Shown here: positions 39,256-49,459 of the stretch, piece after piece
Numbering within the stretch: position 1 is the first letter of the stretch
Layout: the number at the start of each line of letters is the position of its first letter
DNA from: a virus
Taxonomy: Duplodnaviria; Caudoviricetes
DNA: 64,000 nucleotides
Reading direction: 5' to 3' (one strand)
Virus record (IMG/VR): IMGVR_UViG_3300035670_000185
Location: 1,925-65,924 of that record
Notes under the pieces: model-generated
Database searches by the model: none
What the model was told of the DNA's origin: nothing
Seen by the model: only the letters and a program-made list of their open reading frames with translations
Program-made: the position numbers and the translations under genes

Positions 39256-39280
39256 AAGGTACTCTCGGGTACCTTTTTTT
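39256..39280 (+). terminator. Rho-independent terminator
   Basis: AAGGTAC-tctcgg-GTACCTT then T-tract. Confidence 0.75.
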
Positions 39281-39322
39281 ATTAATTATATTCTTTATTG
39301 TATTTTTTATTATATTGGATTT

Positions 39323-39967
39323 ATGAGCGAGTTTAACAATGTTGAGGAACAAAGAATTTGGAATGACTTGGGTCTTTGGGCAGACGGAGGTCACGAATGG
39401 TCTAAATCTTTCGGGACGACCGAAAACCTATGGAATACTTATCTTTTTGACCCCCTAAAAAAATTTAGAGGAAAAAAGATTTTAGAAATAGCTCCTGGAC
39501 ACGGTAGAATTTCTCAATTTTTGAGTATTCTTGCAGATGAATTAATTGTCATTGATTTGAACGAAAGTTGTATAGAACAAACAAAAAAAAAACTTGGAAA
39601 CCACATTAAAGAATATCATGTAAATGATGGGTTAAGTTTAACATCGATACCGAGTAATTCAGTTGATTTAGTTTTCTCTTTTGACTCTTTTGTTCATATG
39701 CATCAAAACGTAATCAAAAGTTATGTGAAAGAAATTTCTCGAGTTCTTGTTAATGGAGGGCACGGATTTATACATCATTCTAATTTTCAACAAGGACAAG
39801 ACTATTCTTTCAGAAATTGGGGAGGGAGATCTAATATGACTAAGGAACTATTTGAGTCTTTCGTTATAGAGAATGAAATGAATATTTTATCACAAAATAC
39901 TATCAAGTTCAATCCTGAGGGTTTTTGGAGTGGAATTGATATTCTATCTTTTTTTTATAGACCTTAA
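39323..39967 (+). CDS. Class I SAM-dependent methyltransferase
   Basis: ILEIAPGHGR, VIDL, SVDLVFSFDSFVH, RVLVNGG. Confidence 0.85.
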   Translation: MSEFNNVEEQRIWNDLGLWADGGHEWSKSFGTTENLWNTYLFDPLKKFRGKKILEIAPGHGRISQFLSILADELIVIDLNESCIEQTKKKLGNHIKEYHVNDGLSLTSIPSNSVDLVFSFDSFVHMHQNVIKSYVKEISRVLVNGGHGFIHHSNFQQGQDYSFRNWGGRSNMTKELFESFVIENEMNILSQNTIKFNPEGFWSGIDILSFFYRP

Positions 39968-39996
39968 GGTGATAGTCCCTTTGACAACTTTTTCAG

Positions 39997-40027
39997 TTTG
40001 ACTTTTTCATGTTTTTTCTTATGTTTG
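39997..40027 (+). promoter_or_regulatory. Bacteroidota-type primary sigma promoter (-33/-7)
   Basis: TTTG (39997-40000), 19-nt spacer, TATGTTTG (40020-40027) matches TTTG-N19-21-TAnnTTTG. Confidence 0.75.
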
Positions 40028-40062
40028 TATAAACAATTTATTAATTTAATCTATAAAAACAC

Positions 40063-40917
40063 ATGAGTTCATTAGACGCCGTATTGGCACAGTACGAAAA
40101 ATCACAACAAGGGGGCGGGGCCCAATCGAAGATGTCGCAAGACGAAAGAATGAAAAAATATTTCGCTTTAATCTTAGGAGACAAAGAGAAAACAGGACAA
40201 AGAAGAGTAAGAATTCTTCCTACGTCTGACGGTTCATCACCGTTTAAGGAAGCTTGGTATCATGAAATCCAAGTTGGAGGACAATGGCAAAAGTTCTACG
40301 ATCCAGGAAAAAATGACAATGAGCGTTCACCTTTGAATGAGGTTTACGAAGAATTGATGTCAACTGGTAAAGAATCTGACAAAGAATTGGCAAAACAATA
40401 CAAAGCTCGTAAGTTTTATATTGTTAAAGTAATCGACAGAGACCACGAAGAAGACGGAGTGAAGTTTTGGAGATTCAAACACAATTTCAAAAACGATGGA
40501 ATCTTAGATAAGATTATTCCTATTTGGAGAAATAAAGGTGATATCACAGACCCTGAGAATGGTCGAGACCTTATCATCGAACTATCCAAAGCTAAAACAC
40601 CTAAAGGTAAGGAGTATACAACTGTATCCACAATTATGTATGATGATCCAGCTCCTGTACATACAGACAAATCACAGGCAAAGGCTTGGATTGAAGACGA
40701 GTTAACATGGTTGGATGTTTATTCTAAAAAACCTGTTGAATATCTCGAAGCAATTGCAAGAGGAGAAACTCCAAAGTGGGATAACGATAAAGGTGGTTAT
40801 GTATATGGAGATAGTTCAGTACATGAAGAAAGTTTTGGTGGTTCATCAAAAAAATCCACATCCTCATATATCGACCCACAGTCGAACGACGAACCTGACG
40901 GAGACCTTCCGTTCTAA
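40063..40917 (+). CDS. gp32-like single-stranded DNA-binding protein
   Basis: RVRILP....SPF, VKVIDRD.EEDGVKFW, DITDPENGRDL; acidic tail ending DGDLPF; adjacent to recA. Confidence 0.75.
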   Translation: MSSLDAVLAQYEKSQQGGGAQSKMSQDERMKKYFALILGDKEKTGQRRVRILPTSDGSSPFKEAWYHEIQVGGQWQKFYDPGKNDNERSPLNEVYEELMSTGKESDKELAKQYKARKFYIVKVIDRDHEEDGVKFWRFKHNFKNDGILDKIIPIWRNKGDITDPENGRDLIIELSKAKTPKGKEYTTVSTIMYDDPAPVHTDKSQAKAWIEDELTWLDVYSKKPVEYLEAIARGETPKWDNDKGGYVYGDSSVHEESFGGSSKKSTSSYIDPQSNDEPDGDLPF

Positions 40918-40927
40918 TTAATAACAC

Positions 40928-40956
40928 AACTCGGATACTATTTGGTGTCCGAGTTT
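40928..40956 (+). terminator. Hairpin between SSB and recA
   Basis: AACTCGGATAC-tatttg-GTGTCCGAGTT with one G-U pair. Confidence 0.55.
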
Positions 40957-40971
40957 CATTTCCCTATCCTT

Positions 40972-41976
40972 ATGGCTATTAAGAAAAACGATTTTGAAAG
41001 TTTGAAGAAGAAATTTTCTACTTCAGCAAAGTATAAACCACAAAGATTCTTTGACTTAGGTCCTGATTTCTTGGATGCCGTTGGACTTCCTGGCCCTGCC
41101 ATTGGACATCTTAACATGTTCTTAGGCCACTCTGATACAGGTAAGACAACTGCATTGGTAAAGACCGCAGTTGATGCTCAGAAGAAAGGTATCCTTCCTG
41201 TGTTCATTATTACGGAACAAAAATGGAGTTTCGAACATGCCAAGTTGATGGGGTTCCAATGTGAGGAAGTTGTTGACGAAGAAACAGGTGAATTGGATTG
41301 GGATGGATTTTTCATATTCAATAATAACTTTGATTACATCGAACAAATAACTGACTACATTAATGAACTATTAGATGCTCAGGAAAAAGGTGAGTTAGAT
41401 TATAGTTTATGTATAATGTGGGACTCTGTTGGTTCAGTTCCTTGTAAAATGACTTTTGAGGGTAAAGGTGGAAAGATGCATAACGCTTCGGCATTGTCTG
41501 ATAAAATCGGGATGGGCATCAATCAGCGTATTTCAGGGTCTCGTAAAGCTGATTCAAAATATGAAAATACTTTGATAATTGTGAACCAGCCGTGGGTGAG
41601 TCTTCCAGACAATCCTTTTGGTCAACCTAAAATTATGTCTAAGGGGGGTAACGCGGTTTGGCTTAATTCATCTATAGTTTTCTTATTTGGAAATCAAAAA
41701 GATGCCGGTACTTCTAAGATTACCGCAACTAAGGATAAAAGGTCAATTAAATTCGCAATACGAAGTAAAGTATCTGTACTAAAAAACCATATAAATGGTC
41801 TTGGTTATGATGATGGTAAAATCATAGTAACACCACATGGATTTCTGGCGGGTAAAGATTCTTCCGAAGAAAAATCTAATATTGAAAAATATAAGAAAGA
41901 ATACGCCGAGTATTGGAAAGATATTATTGGTGTTGATGGTGATTTTGACTTAGAAGAAGAAAGGGAAGATAATTAA
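40972..41976 (+). CDS. recA: RecA/UvsX-like recombinase
   Basis: Walker A GHSDTGKT, Walker B IMWDSV, IIVNQ, GGNA, KN. ATG 40972 preferred because the 40942 start lies inside a hairpin. Confidence 0.85.
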   Translation: MAIKKNDFESLKKKFSTSAKYKPQRFFDLGPDFLDAVGLPGPAIGHLNMFLGHSDTGKTTALVKTAVDAQKKGILPVFIITEQKWSFEHAKLMGFQCEEVVDEETGELDWDGFFIFNNNFDYIEQITDYINELLDAQEKGELDYSLCIMWDSVGSVPCKMTFEGKGGKMHNASALSDKIGMGINQRISGSRKADSKYENTLIIVNQPWVSLPDNPFGQPKIMSKGGNAVWLNSSIVFLFGNQKDAGTSKITATKDKRSIKFAIRSKVSVLKNHINGLGYDDGKIIVTPHGFLAGKDSSEEKSNIEKYKKEYAEYWKDIIGVDGDFDLEEEREDN

Positions 41977-41978
41977 AA

Positions 41979-42599
41979 ATGGAAACTAAAGTTTGTTCTA
42001 AATGTTTTACTGAAAAATCATTATTAGAATATAATGTATGTTCTAGGGTGAAAGATGGTAGAAAGGCTGAATGTAGAGATTGTCAAAAAATAGAATCAAA
42101 AAAATATAGATTAGAAAATAAAGAAAAAATTAAAGAATATAATACTAATTGGAATAAGATAAACCAAGAATATTATAAGAAATATTTTGAAGAGTATTAT
42201 ACAATCAACTACGAAAAAGAGAGAGAACGTAAAATCAAGTGGTTTAGTGACAACAAAGAATATTTGAATAACTATCAAAAACGGAGAAAAAAAGAAGATA
42301 TTTTATTCAGAATTATTTCTAATATGAGAAATTCGGTTAACAGGTATTTGAAATACCGTTCAAAACGAACATTTGATATTATAGGATGTTCACCAGAATT
42401 TCTTAAAGAACATTTAGAGACTCAATTTATTGATGGTATGAGTTGGGATAACCGGAGTGAGTGGCACATTGACCACATCATTCCATTATCGTCGGCAAAA
42501 ACCGAAGAAGAACTTTATAAGTTATGTCATTATAGTAATCTTCAACCTCTGTGGGCGGGAGACAATTTAAGTAAAGGAACCAAAGTATTCACAAATTAA
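41979..42599 (+). mobile_element. Free-standing HNH homing endonuclease gene
   Basis: CSKC...CRDC, K/E/Y-rich helix, WHIDHIIPLS...HYSNLQPLWA..N; visibly A-rich. Confidence 0.8.
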
Positions 42600-42609
42600 A
42601 TCACGAGTT

Positions 42610-43611
42610 GTGATTAAAACATTATTAGTGGACGGAGACAATCTGTTCAAAATAGGATTTCATGGAGTAAAAGAGTTGTATAATGGTGGAGACCACTTAG
42701 GTGGAATCTACCATTTTATAAACACCATTCGAAAATTTCTCGAAGAACATAATCATGACAAAGTAATTATATTTTGGGATGGTGAGTCAAACTCTTCCAT
42801 AAGGAAATCCATATATCCCCAATATAAGGCAAACCGTCGTCAGGATATGAATGAGTTTAAGTACGAATCATATCTTCAACAGAAGTCGAGAGTTAAACAA
42901 TATCTCGAAGAAATATTCGTGCGTCAGGTTGAAATGATTAATAATGAAGCGGACGACCTTATTGCATATTATACCAAATTGTCCATTGATGAGGAAGTTA
43001 TTATTTTTTCTGCGGACAAAGACCTAACTCAACTCATATCAGAACGGGTAACCATCTACTCTCCGACCTCCAAACAATATTATAGGTATGGAGACATGAT
43101 TACCATTAACAAGGTCAACATACCCCACCAAAACGTCTTATTAACAAAGATTCTAACGGGGGATAAGTCCGATAACATTGATGGTATAGAAATGTTGGGG
43201 GAAAAAACTTTAGTCAAATTATTTCCCGAGTTGTTGGAGAAATCATGTACTATCGAGGAAATCTTGGATAATGCGCGAAATAACGAGCAAAAGAAAAAAC
43301 CAAAAGCATTAGAAAACATTTTGATTGGTAAAACTAAAAATGGTACATTTGGCCAAGATTTCTTTGAAATAAATAAAAAAATTGTTGACCTCTATAACCC
43401 TTTGATTACTGATGATGGAAAAGAATTAGTGGAACAGATTTACACCGACACAATTGACCCCACAGACCGTGGATACAAAAACTTGATGAGAATGATGATG
43501 GAGGACGGCCTCTTCAAGTATCTACCCAAGAATGATGAAGCTTGGGTAAATTTCCTCCGACCATTTATGAAACTTACACGAAAAGAAAAAAGAAACACAA
43601 ACAAAAATTAA
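42610..43611 (+). CDS. 5'-3' exonuclease/flap endonuclease (T4 RNase H, PolI N-domain family)
   Basis: LLVDGDN, YKANR, EADD, SADKD, GDKSDNIDG...GEKT. Confidence 0.92.
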   Translation: MIKTLLVDGDNLFKIGFHGVKELYNGGDHLGGIYHFINTIRKFLEEHNHDKVIIFWDGESNSSIRKSIYPQYKANRRQDMNEFKYESYLQQKSRVKQYLEEIFVRQVEMINNEADDLIAYYTKLSIDEEVIIFSADKDLTQLISERVTIYSPTSKQYYRYGDMITINKVNIPHQNVLLTKILTGDKSDNIDGIEMLGEKTLVKLFPELLEKSCTIEEILDNARNNEQKKKPKALENILIGKTKNGTFGQDFFEINKKIVDLYNPLITDDGKELVEQIYTDTIDPTDRGYKNLMRMMMEDGLFKYLPKNDEAWVNFLRPFMKLTRKEKRNTNKN

Positions 43612-43618
43612 AAACTTT

Positions 43619-44071
43619 ATGAAAGAGCAAGACAGTACTAAAATGGAATTTCTATTAACCCTTAACGATAACATCGTGGTTCAAAGATATTTCAATGTTA
43701 GAGGTTACAATCCAAATGCAAAAAACTCCATTGAGTTCTATGAATTCATTAATGGAGTGAAAGAAGAACTTCAGTATCATTTGAAAATGAAGACCGTAAT
43801 TTACATGATGGACAACAGTGAATCCATTATGCACGATTCTTCAATTATGGATACATCTTATACTGAGGGTCCAGAAATTTTCAATATTTTCGTCAAAGTT
43901 GGGGACACGACAATTTGTCATAGAATTTTTGATGGAAAATTTTTTCCACCTAAAGTTCGTTATACCGTTGACGTACGACCCTTTTTGAAAGATATTCTTC
44001 GAGAATTAACTGACATTTTTTCCGAACAAACATTAAGTTACCAATATTTGGATTTTGATTTGAGTAAGTGA
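43619..44071 (+). CDS. Hypothetical protein
   Basis: 150 aa within the replication cluster. Confidence 0.7.
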   Translation: MKEQDSTKMEFLLTLNDNIVVQRYFNVRGYNPNAKNSIEFYEFINGVKEELQYHLKMKTVIYMMDNSESIMHDSSIMDTSYTEGPEIFNIFVKVGDTTICHRIFDGKFFPPKVRYTVDVRPFLKDILRELTDIFSEQTLSYQYLDFDLSK

Positions 44072-44106
44072 GTATTTAATAATACACAGGGGAGGAACAA
44101 AACTAT

Positions 44107-45489
44107 ATGAACAAAAATTTCGATTACTTAGGGAACACATTTCAGATTCAATTACTGAATCAGATTGTGGTAGATAAAGATTTTTCATCGTCTATTCTTG
44201 ATGTTATCGAATCAACTTATTTCGACAATAAGTATTTCAAAATCATTCTACAAATGATAAAGGAGTACTATGTGAAGTATGAGTCAACCCCTAATTTTGA
44301 AACTCTCGAACAAATAATCAAGTCCGAAGTATCCCAAGAGTTGGTTGCAAAAATTGTTTTAGACACTCTAAAACAAGTTAAGGAAGCACCATTCGAAGGG
44401 ACACAATTTGTACAAGAAAAAGCCTTGAAGTTCTGTAAACAACAAGAACTACAGAAGGCGATGGATAAGGCTCAAAAAATCATCACTCAAGGTGATTTTG
44501 AATCTTATGATAAAGTTGAGGGATTGGTTAGGGAGGCACTACAGGTTGGTGAGATTGAGAAAGGTCAAACGGACATTTTCTCTGACTTGGATACTGTATT
44601 GGATGAGGACTATAGACATCCAATTCCTATGGGTATTCCAGGCATTGACAAACTCCTTAAAGGAGGGTTGGCAAAGGGAGAGATTGGAGTAATTCTTGCA
44701 CCAACTGGTGTAGGTAAAACAACTATCTTGACTAAGATTGCAAATACGGCATTCAACTTAGGATACAATGTCCTTCAAGTATTTTTCGAAGACAACCCAA
44801 AGATTGTTCAAAGGAAACACTTTACAATATGGACAGGTATTCCACCTGATGAATTGGCGCATCATAAAGAAGAAGTGATGTCCAAAATTACTGAAGTACA
44901 AGAAACAATGAAGAATAAACTTGTATTGAAGAAGTTGGCATCTGATACTATGACTATGAACCAAATTAAAAATCAGGTTCGAAAAATGATTGCAGATGGA
45001 AACAAAATTGATATGATTATGTTAGATTATATTGATTGTGTGTTACCTGAATCTTCATCAAAGGATGAATGGAAAGCTGAAGGGTCTGTAATGAGAGGAT
45101 TCGAGGCTATGTGTCATGAACTTAACTTAGTTGGTTGGACTGCAACTCAAGGAAATAGAAGTTCTATTTCTTCAGAAGTTGTGACAACAGACCAAATGGG
45201 GGGGTCAATCAAAAAGGCGCAAGTTGGTCACGTCATCATTACAGTTGCAAAAACTCTTCAACAGAAGGAAATGAACTTGGCAACAATTGCAATTACAAAA
45301 TCTCGTCTTGGAAAAGATGGTGTAGTATTCGAAAATTGTAAGTTCAATAATGAACTATTGGAGATTGATACTGAAAGTTCAGTTACATTCTTAGGATTCG
45401 AAGAACAACAAGAGGAGAAGAAGAGAGATAGGGTGAAAGAGTTGATGGAAAAAAGAAAACAAAAAGAGCAACAAAAACAACAATTATAA
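44107..45489 (+). CDS. dnaB: Replicative helicase (DnaB/gp41-like)
   Basis: GIPGIDKLLKGG, APTGVGKT, LDYID, TATQGNR, KSR.G. Confidence 0.9.
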   Translation: MNKNFDYLGNTFQIQLLNQIVVDKDFSSSILDVIESTYFDNKYFKIILQMIKEYYVKYESTPNFETLEQIIKSEVSQELVAKIVLDTLKQVKEAPFEGTQFVQEKALKFCKQQELQKAMDKAQKIITQGDFESYDKVEGLVREALQVGEIEKGQTDIFSDLDTVLDEDYRHPIPMGIPGIDKLLKGGLAKGEIGVILAPTGVGKTTILTKIANTAFNLGYNVLQVFFEDNPKIVQRKHFTIWTGIPPDELAHHKEEVMSKITEVQETMKNKLVLKKLASDTMTMNQIKNQVRKMIADGNKIDMIMLDYIDCVLPESSSKDEWKAEGSVMRGFEAMCHELNLVGWTATQGNRSSISSEVVTTDQMGGSIKKAQVGHVIITVAKTLQQKEMNLATIAITKSRLGKDGVVFENCKFNNELLEIDTESSVTFLGFEEQQEEKKRDRVKELMEKRKQKEQQKQQL

Positions 45490-45507
45490 AAAACAATTAA
45501 ATAAATT

Positions 45508-46455
45508 ATGGAAAAAATTTTAGTAGAAAATCCGAACAGATTCGTAATATTCCCAATCGAACACAATGACATTTGGGAGTTTTATAAGCAACATCAAGCG
45601 GCATTTTGGACAGCAGAAGAAGTTGATTTGACTAATGATATCAGAGATTGGAATAATCTTACTGAAAATGAACAATATTTTATCAAGAATATTCTGTCGT
45701 TCTTTGCGGCATCTGACGGTATTGTTAATGAAAACCTTGCCGAAAATTTCGTAAAAGAGGTTCAATATCCTGAAGCGAAGTTTTTCTATGGGTTCCAATT
45801 AATGATGGAAAATATCCACAGCTTGATGTATTCATTATTGATTGACACCTATATCTCTAATGAGAAGGAAAAACAACTTTGTTTCACCGCATTAGATAAT
45901 CTTCCTGCAGTACAAAAGAAGGCTAGCTGGGCCCTTGATTGGATTAAAAACTCTACGTTCCAAGAACGTCTCATCGCTTTTGCTGCGGTTGAAGGTATTT
46001 TCTTTTCAGGGTCATTCTGTTCTATCTTCTGGTTAAAGTCACGTGGTATTATGCAAGGTTTGTGTAATGCAAACAGTTTGATTTTCAAAGACGAAAACCT
46101 TCATTGTGACTTTGCAATTCATTTGGTGAATAACCACTTAGAGAATAAACCATCAGAAAAAAGAATCAAAGAAATTCTATTGTCAGCATTGGAGATTGAA
46201 AAAGAGTTCATCACAGAATCTTTACCGGTTTCCTTAATTGGTATGAATTCAAACCTAATGAAGCAATATTTGGAATTTATTACAGACCAATTATTGGTTA
46301 AATTCGGATGTAAAAAAGAGTTCAATGTAGAACAACCATTCAAGTTTATGGAACAAATCGCAGTTGAAACTAAGGGTAACTTCTTTGAGTCAAGAACAAT
46401 GGAATACCAAAAAGCGAAACTAAACGAAGAGTTATCATTTGATTCTGATTTTTAA
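45508..46455 (+). CDS. nrdB: Class Ia ribonucleotide reductase beta subunit
   Basis: [50 protein letters not shown]. Confidence 0.96.
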   Translation: MEKILVENPNRFVIFPIEHNDIWEFYKQHQAAFWTAEEVDLTNDIRDWNNLTENEQYFIKNILSFFAASDGIVNENLAENFVKEVQYPEAKFFYGFQLMMENIHSLMYSLLIDTYISNEKEKQLCFTALDNLPAVQKKASWALDWIKNSTFQERLIAFAAVEGIFFSGSFCSIFWLKSRGIMQGLCNANSLIFKDENLHCDFAIHLVNNHLENKPSEKRIKEILLSALEIEKEFITESLPVSLIGMNSNLMKQYLEFITDQLLVKFGCKKEFNVEQPFKFMEQIAVETKGNFFESRTMEYQKAKLNEELSFDSDF

Positions 46456-46473
46456 TTTAATACTTTTATATCT

Positions 46474-48900
46474 ATGATGTCATTAAAAATTAAAAAAAGA
46501 GGTGGGGAGGATGTTTCATTTAATCCTCAAAAAATTTACAACAGAATTAAACGAGCTGCAAAGGGTTTGACTGTAAACTCTGATGAGATATTCATTAAAG
46601 TAATTACATCTGTTCCAACAGAGGGTAACATAACCACAAAAGAGTTAGATAAACTTGTGTATGAGATTGCTGCGGCGTATACTGGAAGTCATTATGATTA
46701 CTCTAGACTTGCAGCTTCAGTTGCAATTTCTTCATATCACAAAGAAACTGACCCAAGTTTTTCAAATGTAATGCATACCCTTCATGCTGATGGTGTCGTT
46801 CATGATGAACTAATTGCAATGATTGAAAAGTATGGCCCATCTAAGATTGATGAGGTAATCAACCATGAGAACGATTACAATTTCGATTACTTCGCTTGGA
46901 GATCTTTACAGGAAATGTACTTGTTGAAAACCCCACAAGGTAAAACTATTGAAAGACCTCAACACATGTATATGAGAGTTGCATTGTGGGTTACTAATAC
47001 TTTTGAAGAAGCGGTTGAATATTATGAGTCGTTATCAAACCAACGAATCTCGAAGGCGACTCCAATCATGATTAACTCAGGTACTAAAGTTCCACAATTA
47101 GCATCTTGTGTATTACACTATAATAACTCAGATTCTCGAGATGGATTGTTAAAAAGTTTGACCGACATTTCAACGTATTCTTCAGATGCTGCAGGTATTG
47201 GTCTATGTATGTCAAACATCAGAAGTAAAGAAAGTAGAATCACATCTTCAGGTGGATATGCTGGTGGACTATTAAAATACTTAAAGATTGTAAACGAATC
47301 ATTGAGATTCTTCAACCAACAAGGAAGAAGACCTGGTAGTGCGGCTATCTATTTAGAACCATGGCACAAGGACATTATGGACTTGTTGGACATTAAGAAA
47401 AATACGGGGGCTGAAGAACTTCGAGCTAGAGATTTGTTTACCGCGCTTTGGATTCCTGATAACTTCATGAGAGCGGTTAAGAACAATGAAGATTGGTATC
47501 TGTTCTGTCCTAACGATATTCTTAAGGAGGGTATCAAACCACTACAAGAATGTTATGGTGATGAATATGAGAAGAACTATCAGTTGGCTGTTGATATGGG
47601 TCTTGGTCGTAAAGTGAAAGCTCAAGAGATTTGGAGTAAAGTGATTGAATCTCAAGTTGAAACTGGTGTGCCTTACCTATGTGCTAAAGATAGTGCTAAC
47701 AAAAAGACAAATCATCAAAACATTGGTGTGATTAAACAATCTAACCTATGTAATGAAATCTATCAGTATACTGATGAGGACACAACTGCGATTTGTACAC
47801 TATCATCAATCGTTCTTAAAAACTTTATCGTTGATGGAAAATTTGATTATAAACTTTTGATTGAAGAAGTAAGAAAGGCTGTTCGAGCATTGAACAATGT
47901 TATTGATAAAAATAACTATTCAACTCAAAAAGGTCTCAAAGGAGGATTAGAGCAAAGAGCGATTGGTATTGGAGTTCAAGGATTGGCGGATGTTTTTTGT
48001 CTTTTAGATTACATCTTTACTTCAGACGAAGCAAAGGCGTTGAACAAAAACATTTTCGAGGTGATTTATTTTGCGGCAATCACTGAAAGTAATGATTTGT
48101 GTAAAAAAGGTATCAGAAGACCATACGAATTCTTCAAAGGTTCTCCAATGGCGAAAGGTATTTTCCAATTTGATATGTGGGGTTTGAATGATTCAGAATT
48201 ATTCTTGGATTGGGAAACCTTGAAGAAAGATGTTATGGAATATGGTGTTTGTAACTCTTTGTTTACTGCACAAATGCCTGTAGCATCTTCAGCAAAGATT
48301 ACGGGATCATTCGAAATGACCGAACCTGCTCACTCAGCATTGTTTAATAGAAGAGTTGTTGGTGGTGAAATCATGATTGTTAACAAATATTTGATTAATG
48401 ATTTTGAAAAAATTGGTATTTGGTCTGAGGATTTGAAAAATGAAATCATTCTAAATGAAGGGTCAATTCAGAACATTAACTTCAATCAGTACTTAGATCC
48501 TGAAGATAAGAACTACAATAAGAAGGTTAAGAGAATTGAACATCTTATTCCAAAGTACAAAACAATTTGGGAGATTTCACAAAGAGAGTTGATTAACATG
48601 GCCGCTGACAGAGCACCATTCATCGATCAATCTCAGTCAATGAACATATATATGTCTAACCCTACGTTGTCTAAGATTACATCATCACACTTCCATTCAT
48701 GGGAAAAAGGTTTGAAAACTTTGTGTTATTATGTGAGAACGAAAGCAATTTCAACAGGAGCGAAACACTTAGCGTTGGATATATCGAAAAACCAAAAACC
48801 GAAACCAGTTGTAGAAGTTCCTAAAGTTGATTACAGTAACATGAATCTACCACCAAAACCTGAAGGAATTGATATCGAGTGTTTCGGTTGTTCATCCTAA
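46474..48900 (+). CDS. nrdA: Class Ia ribonucleotide reductase alpha subunit with ATP cone
   Basis: IKKRGG ATP cone, ASC, SNLCNEI, CTL, MP.ASS, YYVRT, C-terminal CFGC. Confidence 0.96.
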   Translation: MMSLKIKKRGGEDVSFNPQKIYNRIKRAAKGLTVNSDEIFIKVITSVPTEGNITTKELDKLVYEIAAAYTGSHYDYSRLAASVAISSYHKETDPSFSNVMHTLHADGVVHDELIAMIEKYGPSKIDEVINHENDYNFDYFAWRSLQEMYLLKTPQGKTIERPQHMYMRVALWVTNTFEEAVEYYESLSNQRISKATPIMINSGTKVPQLASCVLHYNNSDSRDGLLKSLTDISTYSSDAAGIGLCMSNIRSKESRITSSGGYAGGLLKYLKIVNESLRFFNQQGRRPGSAAIYLEPWHKDIMDLLDIKKNTGAEELRARDLFTALWIPDNFMRAVKNNEDWYLFCPNDILKEGIKPLQECYGDEYEKNYQLAVDMGLGRKVKAQEIWSKVIESQVETGVPYLCAKDSANKKTNHQNIGVIKQSNLCNEIYQYTDEDTTAICTLSSIVLKNFIVDGKFDYKLLIEEVRKAVRALNNVIDKNNYSTQKGLKGGLEQRAIGIGVQGLADVFCLLDYIFTSDEAKALNKNIFEVIYFAAITESNDLCKKGIRRPYEFFKGSPMAKGIFQFDMWGLNDSELFLDWETLKKDVMEYGVCNSLFTAQMPVASSAKITGSFEMTEPAHSALFNRRVVGGEIMIVNKYLINDFEKIGIWSEDLKNEIILNEGSIQNINFNQYLDPEDKNYNKKVKRIEHLIPKYKTIWEISQRELINMAADRAPFIDQSQSMNIYMSNPTLSKITSSHFHSWEKGLKTLCYYVRTKAISTGAKHLALDISKNQKPKPVVEVPKVDYSNMNLPPKPEGIDIECFGCSS

Positions 48901-48910
48901 TTGAATAAAT

Positions 48911-48936
48911 AATCCCGATTAAAGTCGGGATTTTTT
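48911..48936 (+). terminator. Rho-independent terminator after nrdA
   Basis: AATCCCGA-ttaaag-TCGGGATT then T-tract. Confidence 0.8.
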
Positions 48937-48983
48937 ATTTTTGGCTATTTATAAGGAAAAACAAGGAGATTATATTTATCGTT

Positions 48984-49454
48984 ATGGCAAATGGAGTTAC
49001 ATACGGATTAAATTTCCCATTTAGAGATTCTAGACGAGGGGATTATTTGGAACTTACTCAGTTAGAAGCACAACAAGTAAAATCTGACTTGATACATTTG
49101 TTGTTAACTCGTAAAGGGAGTAGATATTATTTACCTGAATTCGGAACAAGGTTATATGAATTTTTATTCGAACCATTTGATGGTTTAACGTTTGATGCAA
49201 TACAATCAGATATTAGGGATGCGGTTCAAAATTTTATGCCTAACCTTCTATTGAATCAAATTACAATAACTCCTGCAGACCCTATGGAAGAAGTTGATAC
49301 TATGTTAGGTGAAAATACTGTGGGAACTAGTGAATCTCCAGTATATAGATTTCCAGGTAAAGGTACCTCAGAATATACTGCTAAAATTAGAATAGATTAT
49401 TCAAACAACAGATCGACTTTTGCTCAGAGCGATTTTGTTATTATCAATATTTAA
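48984..49454 (+). CDS. Baseplate wedge protein (gp25-like)
   Basis: LLLTRKGSRYYLPEFGTRLYEFLFEP. Confidence 0.88.
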   Translation: MANGVTYGLNFPFRDSRRGDYLELTQLEAQQVKSDLIHLLLTRKGSRYYLPEFGTRLYEFLFEPFDGLTFDAIQSDIRDAVQNFMPNLLLNQITITPADPMEEVDTMLGENTVGTSESPVYRFPGKGTSEYTAKIRIDYSNNRSTFAQSDFVIINI

Positions 49455-49459
49455 TATAG

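Noticed and set aside
40942-40971. ORF-track upstream start for recA
   Set aside because: Non-ATG start inside a hairpin; ATG 40972 is more plausible.
8255-48900. Inteins or introns in the polymerase, helicases, recA or nrdA
   Set aside because: Lengths and motif spacing are normal; no intein termini or LAGLIDADG blocks noticed.
3216-48900. Eukaryotic giant virus origin, suggested by GT60, SNF2, eukaryote-like RNR and the HNH type
   Set aside because: Tail sheath, tube and baseplate genes, overlapping operons, intrinsic terminators and a bacterial promoter indicate a bacteriophage.
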